A stretch of 64,000 nt of DNA, taken from the human T2T-CHM13v2.0 reference genome, Homo sapiens. The notes below the pieces were generated by a model. It did no database searches, was not told the DNA's origin, and saw only the letters and a program-made list of their open reading frames with translations. The stretch lies in the NCBI RefSeq assembly GCF_009914755.1, contig NC_060928.1. One strand, 5' to 3'. Positions 25,774 through 38,929 of this stretch are shown piece by piece. The position numbers were made by a program, and so were the translations under genes. The first letter of the stretch is position 1. Each line of letters starts with the position of its first letter.

Positions 25774-28446
25774 CCATAATATCTGTGTTGGTGAGAATAT
25801 TGAATGAAGGCCAGGGGCTTCATCAGGCATGTAAATACTTTGACTTATTAAATTAATGGTTACTTTAAACTGTGCTTTGGCAAAGAAAGAACATTTAAAT
25901 AGAAGCTTTGTACTGTCTTCAGTGTAATTTCTGTATGTAATAAACATTAAGTGATACATTTATTTATCCAATAATTCAGTTATGATAAACCTATGCATAT
26001 CTTTGCATTAATGATATAGATTAATATAGTGATGTAGTTAAAATTATCTCTTTGTGCACTCAAAATAAGATATGACTTACTTCAAAAATCTCAGAAGTAA
26101 TGGTTTCTTTCCTTTTCTCTAGGTAGAAGTTTTTTCCATATGGTTCTCATAGAGTAGCAATTTCGTTTAAAATCACAGATAGCTTATCAATGTAGCAATC
26201 TGAACAACTGAGCACAAGCATTACCTAAAATGTCTTAGGTTATTTTGCTGTATCACTTATTTTCTTTGAAAGAGATTGCTTCTTCTAAAATGCCTGTATG
26301 TAAGTGCTTTAGGAGTAATGGGGAAACCACAGTCGATTGTGACATAGGTCTGGCCAAGGCTGACCAAGATAGATGTGAAGTCCCTCTATGGAGCGCTGCT
26401 TAACCTCAGCTTGGTGACAAACTGCTCAATTGTCATTGCTGCCAGAGTTGTTTGAAATATCAGTAGAAAGTTACTCCTTGAAATTAGGACACCCCAATTC
26501 AGATGACCCTTTAATAGAAGAAGCCCTCTTTTGTGTATACAGTTGCTGTTGCTACAGAGGACTGAGGATAAAGAATTGTTTGACACATCGGGTCATTCTG
26601 CTTAGCTTGAGAATCTGTAAGTTAAAAAAAAAAAGAAGCTTTTAAACTTTCACATTGTGGTTGTGTATTGAAGCCATGCTTGTAATCTGACTCTTGGCCA
26701 AGAGGACCCACCCTGAAGGAACTCAAGTCAAGTAGATCACCTGCTTGTGGTCTTCCCTTTGGGCCTCTCCTGGCTGCTGGGAGCAGTAGCTACTGGCTAT
26801 GTTAATAGAGAAACCAGTGTTTCATATGAAACAGAAGAGTGAATGCAAGCTCCTTTCACTTTCTATTGTTTTTTTTAAATCATAATTTCCCTAAAGCCAG
26901 ATACACTGAATGACAGAATACAACCTAACTTTATTTTAACATGATTATATCTTAATAATTGTAAATGCCAATGCAATTATTCCTCTTCCAGCCAAGAATA
27001 AACCTAAGAATCTAAGAAAAAGGAAGCAAAAAATGACGGCTTTATAGAGTAGGTTGAAGGCTATATAATAAAAAGTTATCATAACCTCCTAATGGAATGA
27101 CACTGAATATCTGAATCTGCAATTGAATATCTAAATCTGGTCAGCTATACATACATCACATAAAATAGCAAATAGCACTAAATCAGTATAAATTTTTGTT
27201 CTCTGGTTAAATTTACAAGTAAAACACTCCTTAAATCTGTGATTTTTCTTAAGAAATATTTTTTCCTTTTAGATTTTTATACATTTGCTCTTTATATTGT
27301 ATTGAAAATTTTCATGTGTGTGTTCTTTCTATATTCCTCGCTGAGTGATCTGCAGTGTGCAATGAAAGGGTCTGTGTTCAGGCAGAATTACAATTGAATG
27401 CATAATCAAAAACCATGATGAAAAATTTTATTCAAAATGTAGAGCAAAAAGAGACAGGACTACAGTATGATAAATTTCTGGGCTTTTATAATCATAGATT
27501 CTCCATGAACTTTTCAGTTTAGTTTTCTGTAAGTGACTTATTTTTAAGCAGCAGACTTTTTACACATTACGTCTTTACTGAAAAGGCAGTCATGAGAATA
27601 CGTTTGAAATTATGTGCTGAAGTTAAAATCAAATGACAATAGTCGTGACTGAGAATGGAGAAAAAGCGAAAGAAAAAAAATAAAGGTAGATCTGTAGATT
27701 TGGGGATGTGACTAACCAGTTATCAAGATAGTAGAATACTTTGTTGCTATAGCAAAGGGACAGCAAAATGGACATGTTGACATTAACTCAGCAGGTGCAG
27801 AAACCAATCAATGCCTTCAAGTAGGTGCTCTGTAAATGTTATTGAGAATTAATGTTGACTTCAAAAATATACCTTAGGGAGGGACTGAGCCAAGTGAATG
27901 AATATTCAGCCTCTTAGTCATTTAGTTGCTTGTTTTCTTCCTTTGCCTCTTTATGTATTAAGCAAACTACCTACGGCTGCATTTCAGGCTGCACTGTTAA
28001 TTTTCTATTTTCAGCTGTGGCCTCACAAGGTACTTGACTTACTTTTGCAATGGCTGTGATATTATTATTAAAATTTATAAAAAGGATTCTGACATTGTTT
28101 TATTATTTTGGATTTTATTTTCCAACAATGAAAGTTAAATTGTGGCTCATTACCAAGTTCCTTTATCTTAAGGATATCATAAAAACTTAATTTCATAGAT
28201 TAATTAGAATTGAGATGGAGATGAAATCAGTATATTTTACTTGAAACTTTTATATATTTTTTTCTTTTTTCCCTTTAACTCTACTACTAGTCTTCTTTCA
28301 TCACTTATTTCTTTCTTTATCAGTTCCTGCTTTCCCAAACATTCAGATCCCTTGTTTTCTAGCAATGTTGTGGTCATAGGAAACATGGCTGGGTCTTGGA
28401 TGGGGCAAGCCAATGACCAGGGGAGTAAGGTGGTTAGCCATGGTTG

Positions 28447-28519
28447 TATATCATTGTGTATATACTTTGTGTATACATTGTGTATATACATTGTGATATA
28501 CTTTGTGTATATCATTGTC
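28447..28519. repeat. Degenerate minisatellite, ~13-15 bp unit (tgtgtatat(a)c[a/t]t)
   Basis: About five to six visible imperfect units. Confidence 0.75.
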
Positions 28520-30102
28520 TGCTAGAGATGTTAGACATGTTGAAAGTACTGGCTTGATTTTTTTAATGTTTTAAAAGGGAAAGTTATTGTTTAAAATGAG
28601 AAAGTTTTAATAGAATCAGAAAGGATAGAAAATAAAGGCATTATGATAATGAAAGTTTTTATTAATAAGTTTTATGAAAAACACATCTAAATTAGCACAA
28701 CTGTACCAAATATATGTGATTTAACCATATAGATCTTTGGCCTAGTTCACCAATTTTAGACATAAAACATAAAAATAAGAAAATAAATACCATTACAGCA
28801 ATTTGTATAATTACACTCTATTTTATACAAAAAAAATTGTTTTCATATCACTTTCTTGGCAACAACATGAACCCAAATATTAAAAGCTAAATATAACATT
28901 TCCTTGGAAGGGGTAGAAATGCAATTATTTTCCTAAAATTACTATTGATTACATAAAATCATTTTATAAAAGGTCATTTCAAATTGGTCATATTCATTAT
29001 TCAAGGGCCTATTATTCTGATTTGAATTGAAATGCACATTTCTTAGTATCACATATATAGAATAATAAATTATGTATTATTAAAATCTCAACTTTTGCTT
29101 TCAATAAAAATTGCAAAAATTAGCATGAGTGAGTTGAAATAGAAATTTTAAAATATATTAATTAATTGGAATGTTACTTCCCAAAGTTTTTAATTAAATT
29201 TTATTCATGGGCTTTTGGAACTTTCTGTGGGAAATGTGGTAAAAACTGTTAGTTATCTATTGAAAATTCAGTCTTTCTTTTTGTATCAGTTTATGAGCAG
29301 ACACAGGAATATATTCAGCTATTTACATTTGCTTCCCTTGGAAAATGTAAGTGGTCAAACATATCTTACAAAGTCATTGGCTAGGTGTTTGATAAAGAAT
29401 GTTTACTTAGCTGGAAGACTCTTTCACTTTCCTCTTCTTGTCTTCCTGGGTATGCTTAGGAATTAATGGTTGGTACTTTACCATTATGGTTGGTGTCTTG
29501 CCATTTATGAGTGCCAACAGTTGTCTCTTATTCTTGCTCTTACCAAATAGGTCTTACAATGTAAGGGTTTCATGTGGTTAACGTACACAAGAAGATGTGA
29601 CTGTTCCAGTCATGGGGAGTAAAAGCTTTGGGAGTTAAAGCCTTGATATTTACTGATTTGAATGTGAAATTAAAATATGTATTAATGAGTAGAAAGTTTA
29701 ACATGCAGGCATATAATCACATTAAGGCAAATATAATTTTTAAAGTTTTAAAGGACTATTTATTTTGATGTTTTCTCACTTAAAAAACATATTAGTATTC
29801 ATTGTCTACTGTGAGTTTTTTCTGTAAAAGTTCAATATATTTTTCTCTATCATGTTAATTTTTAAAAATTTTATTATACTTTAAGTTCTGGGATGCATGT
29901 GCAGAATGTGCCGGTTTGTTACATAGGTATACATGTGCCATGGTGGTTTGATGCACCCATCAAACCGTCATCTAAGTTTTAAGCCCCACATGCATTAGGT
30001 ATTTGTCCTACTGCCCTAATGCTATCCCTCCTCTTGTCCCCCACCCCCTGACAGGTCCCAGTGTGTGATGTTTCCCTCCCTGTGTCCATGTGTTCTCATT
30101 GA

Positions 30103-33100
30103 TCAACTCCCACTTATGAGTGAGAACATACAGTGTTTGTTTTTCTGTTCCTCTGTTAGTTTGCTGAGAATGATGTTTCCAGCTTCATCCAAATCTGTGC
30201 AAAGGGCATGATTTTATTAATTTTTATGGCTGCATAGTATTCCATAGTGTATATGTGCCACATTTTCTTTATCCAGTCTACCATTGATGGACATTCGGTT
30301 GCTTCCAAGTCTTTGCTATCATAAATAGTGCTGCAAAAATCATATGTGTGCATGTGTCTTTATAGTAGAATGATTTATAATCCTTTGGGTATATGCCCAG
30401 GAATGAGATTGCCGTGACAAATGGTATTTCTGGTTCTAAATCCGTGAGGAGTCACCACATTGTCTTCCACAATGCTTGAACTAATTTACATTTCCACTAA
30501 CAGTGTAAAAGCATTCCTATTTCTCCACATCCTCTCCAGCATCTGTTGTTTCCTGGCCATCCTAGCTGGTGTGAGATGGTATCTCATTGTGGTTTTGATT
30601 TGCATTTCTCTAATCACCACTGATGATAAGCTTTTTTTCACATATTTGTTAGCCACACAAATGTCTTCTTTTGAGAAGTGTCTGTTCATATCCTTTGCTC
30701 ACTTTTTGATGGGGTTGTTTGCTTTTGTCTTGTAAATTTGTTTAAGTTCCTTGTAAATTCTGGACATTAGCCCTTTGTCAGATGGATAGATCGCAAATAT
30801 TTTCTCCCACTATTGTAGATTGCCTGTTCACTCTGAGGATAGTTTTTTTTCCTGTGCACAAGCTCTTTAGTTTAATTAGATCCCATTTGTCAATTTTGGC
30901 TTTTATTGCAATTGTTTTTGATGTTTTAGTCATGAAGTCTTTTCCTATGCCTATGTCCTGAATGGTACTGCCTAGGTTTAGTTCTAGGGTTTTATAATTG
31001 TAGGTCTTACATTTAAACCAATTAATCCATCTTGAATTAATTTCTGTATAAAGGGTAAGGAAGGGGTCCAGTTTCAGTTTTCTGCATATGACTAGCCAGT
31101 TTTCCCAGTACGATTTATTAAATAGGGAATACTTTCCCCATTGCTTGTTTTTGTAAGGTTTGCCAAAGATAAGATGGTTGTAGATGTGTGGTGTTATTTC
31201 TGAGGCCTCTGTTCTGTTCCCTTGGTCTATACATATATGTTTTGGTACCAGTACCCTGCTGTTTTGGTTACTGTAGCCTTGTAGTATAGTTTGAATCCAG
31301 GTAGCATGATGCCTCCAGCTTTGTTCTTTTTGCTTAGGATTGCCTTGTCTATACGGGCTCTTTTTTGATGCCATATGAAATTTAATGTAGTTTTTTCTAT
31401 TTCTGTGAAGAAAATCAATGGTAGCTTGATGGGAATAGCATTGAATCTATAAATTGCTTATAGCAATTTTCACAATATTGATTCTTCCTGTTCATAAGCG
31501 TGGAATATTTTTCATTTGTTTGTGTCCTCTCTTATTTCCTTGAGCAGTGGTTTGTAGTTCTCCTTGAAGAGGTTCTTCACATCCCTTGTAAGTTGTATTC
31601 CTAGGTATTTTATTCTCTTTGTAGCAATTGTGAATGGGAGTTCACTCATGATTTGGCTATTTGTCTATTATTGGTGTATAGGAATGTTTGTGATTTTTGC
31701 ACACTGATTTCAAATCCTTAGACTGCTGAAGTTGCTTGTCAGTTTAAGAAGATTTGGGGTTGAGACGATGGGGCTTTCTAAATATATAATCATGTCATCT
31801 GCAAACAGAGACAATTTGGCTTCCTCCCTTTCTATTTGAATAACCTTTATTTCTTTCTCTTGCCTGATTTCCCTGGCTAGAACTTCCAATACTATGTTGA
31901 ATAGTAGTGGTGAGAGAGGGCACCCCTGTCTTGTGCCGGTTTTCAAAGGGAATGCTTCCAGCTTTTGCTCATTCAGTATGATATTGGCTGTGGGTTTGTC
32001 ATAAATAGCTCTTATTATTTTGAGATATGTTCCATCAATACCTAGTTTATTGAGAGTTTTTAGCATGAAGGGCATTGAATTTCTTCAAAGGCCTTTTCTG
32101 CATCTAATGAGATAATCGTGTGGTTTTTGTCATTGGTTCTGTTTATGTGATACATTATGTTTATTCATTTTCATATGTTGAACCAGCCTTGCATCCCAGG
32201 GATGAAGTCGACTTGATCATGTTGGATAAGCTTTTCGATATGCTGCTCAATTTGGTTTGCCAGTATTTTGTTGAGGATTTTTGCGTCAATGTTCATCAGG
32301 GATATTGGCCTGAAATTTTCTGTTTTTGTTGTGTCTCTGCCAGGTTTTGGTATCAGGATGATGCTTGCTTCATAAAATGAATTAGGAAAGAGTCCCTCTT
32401 TCTCTATTGTTTGGAATAGTTTCAGAAGAAATGGTACCAGCTACTCTGTAACTTCTGGTAGAATTCAGCTGTGAATCTGTCTGATCCTGGACTTTTTTTG
32501 GTTGGTAGGCTATTAATTACTGCCTCAATTTCAGAACTTGTTATTGGTCTATTCAGGGATGCGACTTCTTCCTGGTTTAGTCTTGGATGGGGAGTATGTG
32601 TCCAGGAATTTATCCATTTCTTCTTAATTTTTCATTTATTTGAGTAGAGGTGTTTATATTATTCCCTGATGGTAGTTTTTATTTCTGTGGGATCAGTGGT
32701 GATATCTCCTTTATCATTTTAAATGGTTCTATTTGATTCTCTGCTCTTTCCTTCTTTATTAGTCTGACTAGTGGTCTATCTATTTTGTTAATCTTTTCAA
32801 AAAACCAGCTTCTGGATTGTTAATCTTTTGAAGAGTTTTTCATGTATCTATCTCCTTCAGTTCTGCTCTGATCTTAGTTATATTTTGTCTTCTGTTAGCA
32901 TTTGAATTTGTTTGCTCTTGCTATCAGTTCTTTTAATTGTGATGTTAGGGTGTGGATTTTAGATCTTTCCCATCTTTCTGATGTGGGCATCGAGTGCTAT
33001 GAATTTCCCTCTAAACACTGCTTTAGCAGTCCCAGAGATTCTGGTATGTTGTCACTTTTTTCTCATTGGCTTCAAACAATTTACTTATTTCTGACTCAAT

Positions 33101-33886
33101 TTCATTATTTTCCCAGTAGTCATTCAGGAGCAGATTGTTCAGTTTCCATGAGTCATGCAGTTTTGAGTGAGTTTCTTGATCCTAAGTTCTAATTTGATTG
33201 CACTCTGGTTTCAGAGACTGTTTGTTATGATTTCCATTCTTTTGCATTTGTTGAGGAGTGTTTTAGTTCCAATTATGTGGTTGATTTTAGAATAATTGCT
33301 ATGTCATGCTGAGAAGGATGTATGTTTTGTTGTTTTGGGGTGGAGACTTCTGTAGATGTCTATTAGGTCTGCTTGGTCCAGAGCTCAGCTCAAATCCTGA
33401 ATATCCTTGTTAATTTTCTGTCTCATTGATCCATCTAATATTGACAGTGGGGTCTTAAAATCTCCCACTATTGTTGTGTGGAAGTCTAAGTCTCTCTGTA
33501 GGTCTCCAAGAACTTGTTTCACGAATCTGGGTGCTCCCGTATGGGTTATATATATTTAAGATCACTCTTCTTGTTGCATTGATCCCTTTGCCATTATATA
33601 ATGCCCTTCTTTGTCTTTTTTGATCTTTGTTCGTTTAAAGTCTGCTTTATCAGAGACTAGGATTGCAACCCCTGCTTTATTTCCTTTCCATTTGCTTGGT
33701 TAATATTCCTCCCTTTATTTTGAGCCTATGTGTGTCTTTGCACATGAGATGGGTCTCCTGAATACAGCACACCGATGGGTCTTGATTCTTTATCCAATTT
33801 GTCAGTCTGTGTCTTTTAATTGGGGCATTTAGCCCATTTGCATTTACACATAATACTGTTATGTGTGAATTTGATCCTGTCATCAT
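30103..33886 (-). pseudogene. L1 ORF2 relic (endonuclease / reverse transcriptase / C-terminal domain), frameshifted
   Basis: ORF pieces: MTGSNSHITVL..NGLNAPIKRHR (EN), [13 protein letters not shown] and LFADDMI (RT), KKMWHIYTMEYY (C-terminus). Confidence 0.92.
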
Positions 33887-33946
33887 GATGCCAGTTGGTT
33901 ATTTTGCACATTAGTTGATGCGGTTTCTTCATAGTGTGATTGGTCT

Positions 33947-35216
33947 TTATATTTTGGTATGTTTTTGCAGTGGCTTGTACTGGTTTTCTTTTCCATATTT
34001 AGTACTTCCTTCAGGAGCTCTTGTAAGGCAAGACTTATGGTGACAAAATCCCTCAGCATTTGCTTTTCTGTATAGGATTTTATGTCTTCTTCACTTTTGA
34101 AGCTTAGTTTGGCTGGATATGAAATTCTGGGTTGAAAATTTTTTTAAGAATGTTGAGGCCAGGCACTGTGGCTCACACCTGTAATCCCAGCACTTTGGGA
34201 GACAAAGGCAGCAGATCACGAGGTCAGAAAATCGAGATCATCCTGGCTAACACAGTGAAACCCTGTCTCTACTAAAAAAACGAAAAACAAAATTAGCTGG
34301 GCATGGTGGAAGCAGAGCTTTCAGTGAGCTGAGATTGTGCCACTGCCCTCCAGCCTGGGCAACAGAGCAAGACTCCGTCTCAAAAGAAAACAAAAAAAAA
34401 AAGTTGAATATTGGTCCCCACTCTCTTCTGGCTTGTAGGGTTTCTGCAGAGAGATCTGCTGTTAGTCTGATGGGCTTCCCTTTGTAGGTAACCTGACCTT
34501 TCTCTCTGGCTGCCCTTAATATTTTTTCCTTCATTTCAATCTTGGAGAATCTGGCGATTATGTGTCTTGGGGTTGCCCTTCTCAAGGAATATCTTAGTGG
34601 TGGTCTCTGTATTTCCTGAATTTGAATGTTGGCCTGTCTTGCTGGGTTGGAGAAGTTCTCCTGGATAATATCCTGAAGTGTGCTTTCCAACTTGGTTCCA
34701 CTCTCCCCATCACTCTCAGGCACACCAATCAATAGGAGGTTTGGTCTTTTCACATAGTTCCATATTTCTTGGAGGCTTTGTTTGTTCCTTTTTTTCTTTT
34801 TTCTCTGATCTTGTCTTCATGCTTTATTTTCTTAAGTTGATCTTCCATCTCTGATATCCTTTCTTCTGCTTGATTGATTCAACTATTGATACTTGTGTAT
34901 GCTTCACGAAGTTCTCAAGCTGTGCTTTTCAGCTTCATCAGGTCATTTATATTCTTCTCTATACTGGTTATTCTAGTTAGCAGTTCCCGTAACCTCTTAT
35001 CAAGGTTCTTAGCTTCCTTGCATTTGGTTAGAACTGCTCCTTTAGCTCAGAGGAGTTTGTTATTACCTACCTTCTGAAGCCTGCTTCTGTTAATTTATCA
35101 AACTCATTCTCCATACAGTTTTGTGCCCTTGCTGGGGAGGAGTTACAATCATTTGGACGAGAAGAGGCCTTCTGGTTTTAAGAATTTTCAGCACTTTTGC
35201 GCTGGTTTTTCCTCAT
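33947..35216 (-). pseudogene. L1 ORF1 relic interrupted by an Alu
   Basis: ATG at 35216 (atgaggaaaaaccag); KRPNL..IGVPE, RRATPRHII, ETLQARREWGPIF. Confidence 0.9.
34157..34400 (+). mobile_element. AluY-like with internal right-arm deletion, inserted in L1 ORF1
   Basis: 'atcgagatcatcctggctaacac'; jumps from 'catggtgg' to 'aagcagagcttt'; TSD remnant aagaatgttga / aaaaaagttga. Confidence 0.9.
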
Positions 35217-36508
35217 CTTTGTGGATTCATCTAACTTTGATCCTTGATGCTAATGACATTTGGATGGGTTTTTGGTGGCGTCCTTTTTGTTGATGTTGAT
35301 GTTATTGCTTTCTGTTTGTTAGTTTTCCTTCTAACAGTCAGGTCCCTCTTTCGCAGGTCTGCTGGAGTTTGCTGGAGCTCCACTCCAGACTATGTTTGCC
35401 TGGGTATCACCAGTGGAGGCTGCAGAACAGCAAAGATTGCTGCCTCCTCATCCTCTGGAAGCTTCATGCCAAAAGGGCACCTGCCTGATGCTAGCCAGAG
35501 CTCTCCTGTATGAGGTGTCTGTCGACCATTCTTGGGAGGTGTCTGCCAGTCAGGAGACACACGGGTCAGGGACCTACTTGAGGTGGCAGTCTGTCCCTTA
35601 GCAAAGCTTGAGTGCTGTGCTGGGAGACCTGCTCTCTTCAGAGCCAGCAGGCAGGAATATTTAAGTCTGCTGAAATTGTTTCCACAGCTGCCCCTTCCCT
35701 TAGGTGCTCTGTCCCAGGGAGATGGGAGTTTTATCTATAAGCCCCTGACTGGGGCTGCTGCCTTTCTTTCAGAGAGGAGGAATCTAGAGAGGCAGTCTGG
35801 CCACAGCAGCTTTGCTGTGCTGAGGTGAGTTCCACCAAGTTCAAACTTCCCAGCGGCTTCCTTAACACTGTCAGGGAAAAACCACCTACTCAAGCCTCAG
35901 TAATGGTGGCTGGCCCTCCCCCTACCAAGTTTGATCATCCCAGGTAGACTAGACTGTTGTGCTGGCAGCGAGAATTTCAAGCCAGTGGTGCTTAGATTGC
36001 TGGGCTCTTTGGGAGTAGGACCCACTGAATGAGAACACTTGGCTCCCTAGCTTCAGCCCCCTTTCCAGGACAGTGAACAGTGCTGTCTCACTGGAGTACC
36101 AGGCGCCAATGGCGTGAGGAAAAAAAAAAAACTGCAGCTAGCTCAGTGTCTGTCCAAACAGCCACCCAGTTTTGTGCTTGAAACCCAGGGCCCTGGTGGT
36201 GTAGGCACACGAAGGAATCTCCTGGTCTGCGGGTTGCAAAAACCATGGGAAAAGGGTAGTATCTGGGCTAGATAGCACAGTTCCTCGGGGCTTCCCTTGG
36301 CTTGGGGAGGAAGGTTCCTGGCCCCTTACATTTCCCGGGTGAAGCAATGCCCCACCCTGCTTCTACTTGCTCTCCGTGGGTGGCACCCACTGTCTAACCC
36401 ATCCCAATGACATGAACTGGGTACCTTAGTTGGAAATGCAGAAATCACCTGCCTTCTGCAGGTGACCAGTGTCTCGCTGGGAGCTGCGGGCTGGAGCTAT
36501 TCCTATTT

Positions 36509-36518
36509 GGCCATCTTG
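36509..36518 (-). promoter_or_regulatory. YY1 motif of the L1 internal promoter
   Basis: CAAGATGGCC on the minus strand ~10 nt from the L1 5' end, the established L1 YY1 position. Confidence 0.7.
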
Positions 36519-37676
36519 CCAGATCCCGTATCATGTTAATTTCTTAAGGAAAATATTGTAGCTAGGGTTTGGCAATCATAACTTATTTTTTGGTTTGAGG
36601 ATACCTATTTATGGAGCAAACACTGGTATTTATATGCTGTGCACACAGAAAAACAGAAATGAGAATTAAGTGAGAAATATGCATGCATCTGAGAACATAT
36701 ATATACTCTATGTATATCTTTTTGTTAAACCTATTTTGGTCTGTTTTGAGATTACCTTATCTAAAACATAATTTTAGACGTTTAGAAAAAATAAGTAAAA
36801 TTATTCTATTTATATATTTGTTACATATTTCTCACATTAAAATAAACAATCATGAAATATTCAATTCCAATACAATATTCAAACGTATCTGGGTTTGAAA
36901 ATATGACCTGGTTCAGTGCATTCTTATTCATAAATCCTATGGAAGACTTTCAACTTTCTAATTACATGATTGGCTAATCTTAGTTTATACACATTCAAAA
37001 TAAAAAATATGATTTATTCACAGGCACAAATAACTGATGAAAGTTACAGTAGGACCATTGGTCTTGGTCCTCCTGTGCTGTCTGGAGACAACAGAAGTAC
37101 ATACTTCTCCCTTCAGCCAACATGTGATCTGATATTTTATGAGTTAACATTTAACCTCTATGTCATTTCTTTTTAAATTACTACCATTAAAAGTATTATC
37201 AAACATCATTTCTATCTATTACTGTTATTTTGGTAATTATAATAATAAAAATGTTGTTTGTAAAGAAATGAGCATATTTTAAAGAAATGAATTTAGAGGT
37301 ATATATAAATAAAATTATCTAATGAGTGATAACTTGCTTTCAAGTTCTTCACATAAATATTGAGGAATAAATAGAACAACAGTGACGAAATCCTAATAAT
37401 TGCTTAATCTAAGTGATGGCCTTATGATGTTTTATTGAACTGTTATATTTTTAATATGTTAGAAAAAATTTTGTATTTGCTTAAAGACAGATTTCATTGG
37501 AAAGAATGATACATTCCAAATATTACCATGTCATTAAAGATAAATTTTCTGAAATTGGACAAATAAATATTATCAAAATATCATAATTTAGGTGCCACAA
37601 AATTTTAACATTTTTCTTACTATAGGACTCAGAAAATCATACATAATATTTCAGATGTGTAAGTGATTTATGGGTG

Positions 37677-37906
37677 AGGCAGGTGATTTCCGCATTTCCA
37701 ACTAAGGTACCCAATTCAATTCATTGGGACTGGTTAGACAATGGGTGCAGGCCACAGAGAGTGAGTAGAAGCAGGGTGGGGTGTCACCTCACCTGGGAAG
37801 TGTAAGGGGCCAGGGACCTCCCTTTCCTAGCCAAGGGAAGCCATGAGGGACTGTGCTATCTGGCCCAGATACTACACTTTTCCCATGGTTTGTCCAACCT
37901 GACCAG
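37677..37906 (+). mobile_element. Isolated L1PA7/8-type 5'UTR fragment
   Basis: Aligns to reverse complement of ~36225-36455; no TSD, tail or ORF. Confidence 0.9.
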
Positions 37907-38062
37907 TCAAATGGGCCTGACTAGAGATATGTTACTGTTAGTTTCCTCTTCTTTATCTGGATTCTTATCAAAAGAGTCTAAACCTATCATAGTAGTTTTT
38001 GACACATTCATCATGCTAATAGTTCATGTTAAACACAGAACAATTATTTTGTCTAAAATGAC

Positions 38063-38110
<48 letters not shown>
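38063..38110. repeat. (AGAT)12 microsatellite
   Basis: Directly visible perfect array. Confidence 0.97.
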
Positions 38111-38111
<1 letters not shown>

Positions 38112-38929
38112 CAGATACAAATACCAGTATACAGTCTGTTGGTGAACTACTTAGTTTTCTTTTCCACAGGGAACATTTAATTAAATAGTGATGCTTTCTT
38201 TGTGTAGGGTAGTTGTTTCTCTCTAAATCCAGTATGTTTTCTTTTTGCTACAGCCTACTTCTCCAACCTATAAAGATCACTTTAGATATTAATGCTCTCA
38301 TCAAAATAATTTATTTCTGTTCCTGGCTTCTTTTGATCTGAAAATCTGGTGTATATTATTTCTGTGGTTACAAAGAAGTTTTGTATATGGAAGTATAAAG
38401 TTTGCTAAATTCCATTTTAATTTAACTCATTACTGTTACTAGTAGGCTTAATTTTTAAAATAAAATAAAAATGATAAAATCACTGTAAACAAAGACCTAG
38501 TCAAGGCAAAAATGTTGTCTAAATTGCAATGGCTTATTAAACATTATTCCTTCAAAATATAGTGAACTATTTTTGACATAAACAATTATAAATAATGACA
38601 CATAAAGCACCCAGACTCTCACTACACATGTGATGTAATATGTCATTAACATATTGTAATTCCATTCAAAACTTTTGTTTGTGTTTTCTATACTCTGTGC
38701 CTCATTTGCCTCCTATAATTTTCTTGAATTTATTTGTAGTTTTACTACCCATTTGTGTATACATATGTATATACACACATACATATGTATACATACATAT
38801 ACATATGTATATGAGTACCTTTTCATGTTTTAATGTTCATGTTTATTTATAATCTATATGTCCTCATCCAGCTTGTTTTTGAAAAATTTTTATTCAAGTA
38901 TGTGTATTATTATGTGTATTATTAAATAT

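Larger units (their letters stand above)
29862..36528 (-). mobile_element. Full-length LINE-1 (L1PA8-like), inactive
   Basis: 5'UTR, ORF1, ORF2 and 3'UTR all present; perfect 14-bp TSD tatcatgttaattt at 29848-29861 and 36529-36542; 3'UTR 'ttttaagccccacatgcattagg' recalled as L1PA8-type. Confidence 0.95.

Noticed and set aside
28447-28519. Short spaced repeats as a CRISPR-like array
   Set aside because: No unique spacers; simple degenerate minisatellite in primate DNA
29862-36528. Possible active L1
   Set aside because: ORF1 is interrupted by an Alu and ORF2 is broken into many short frames
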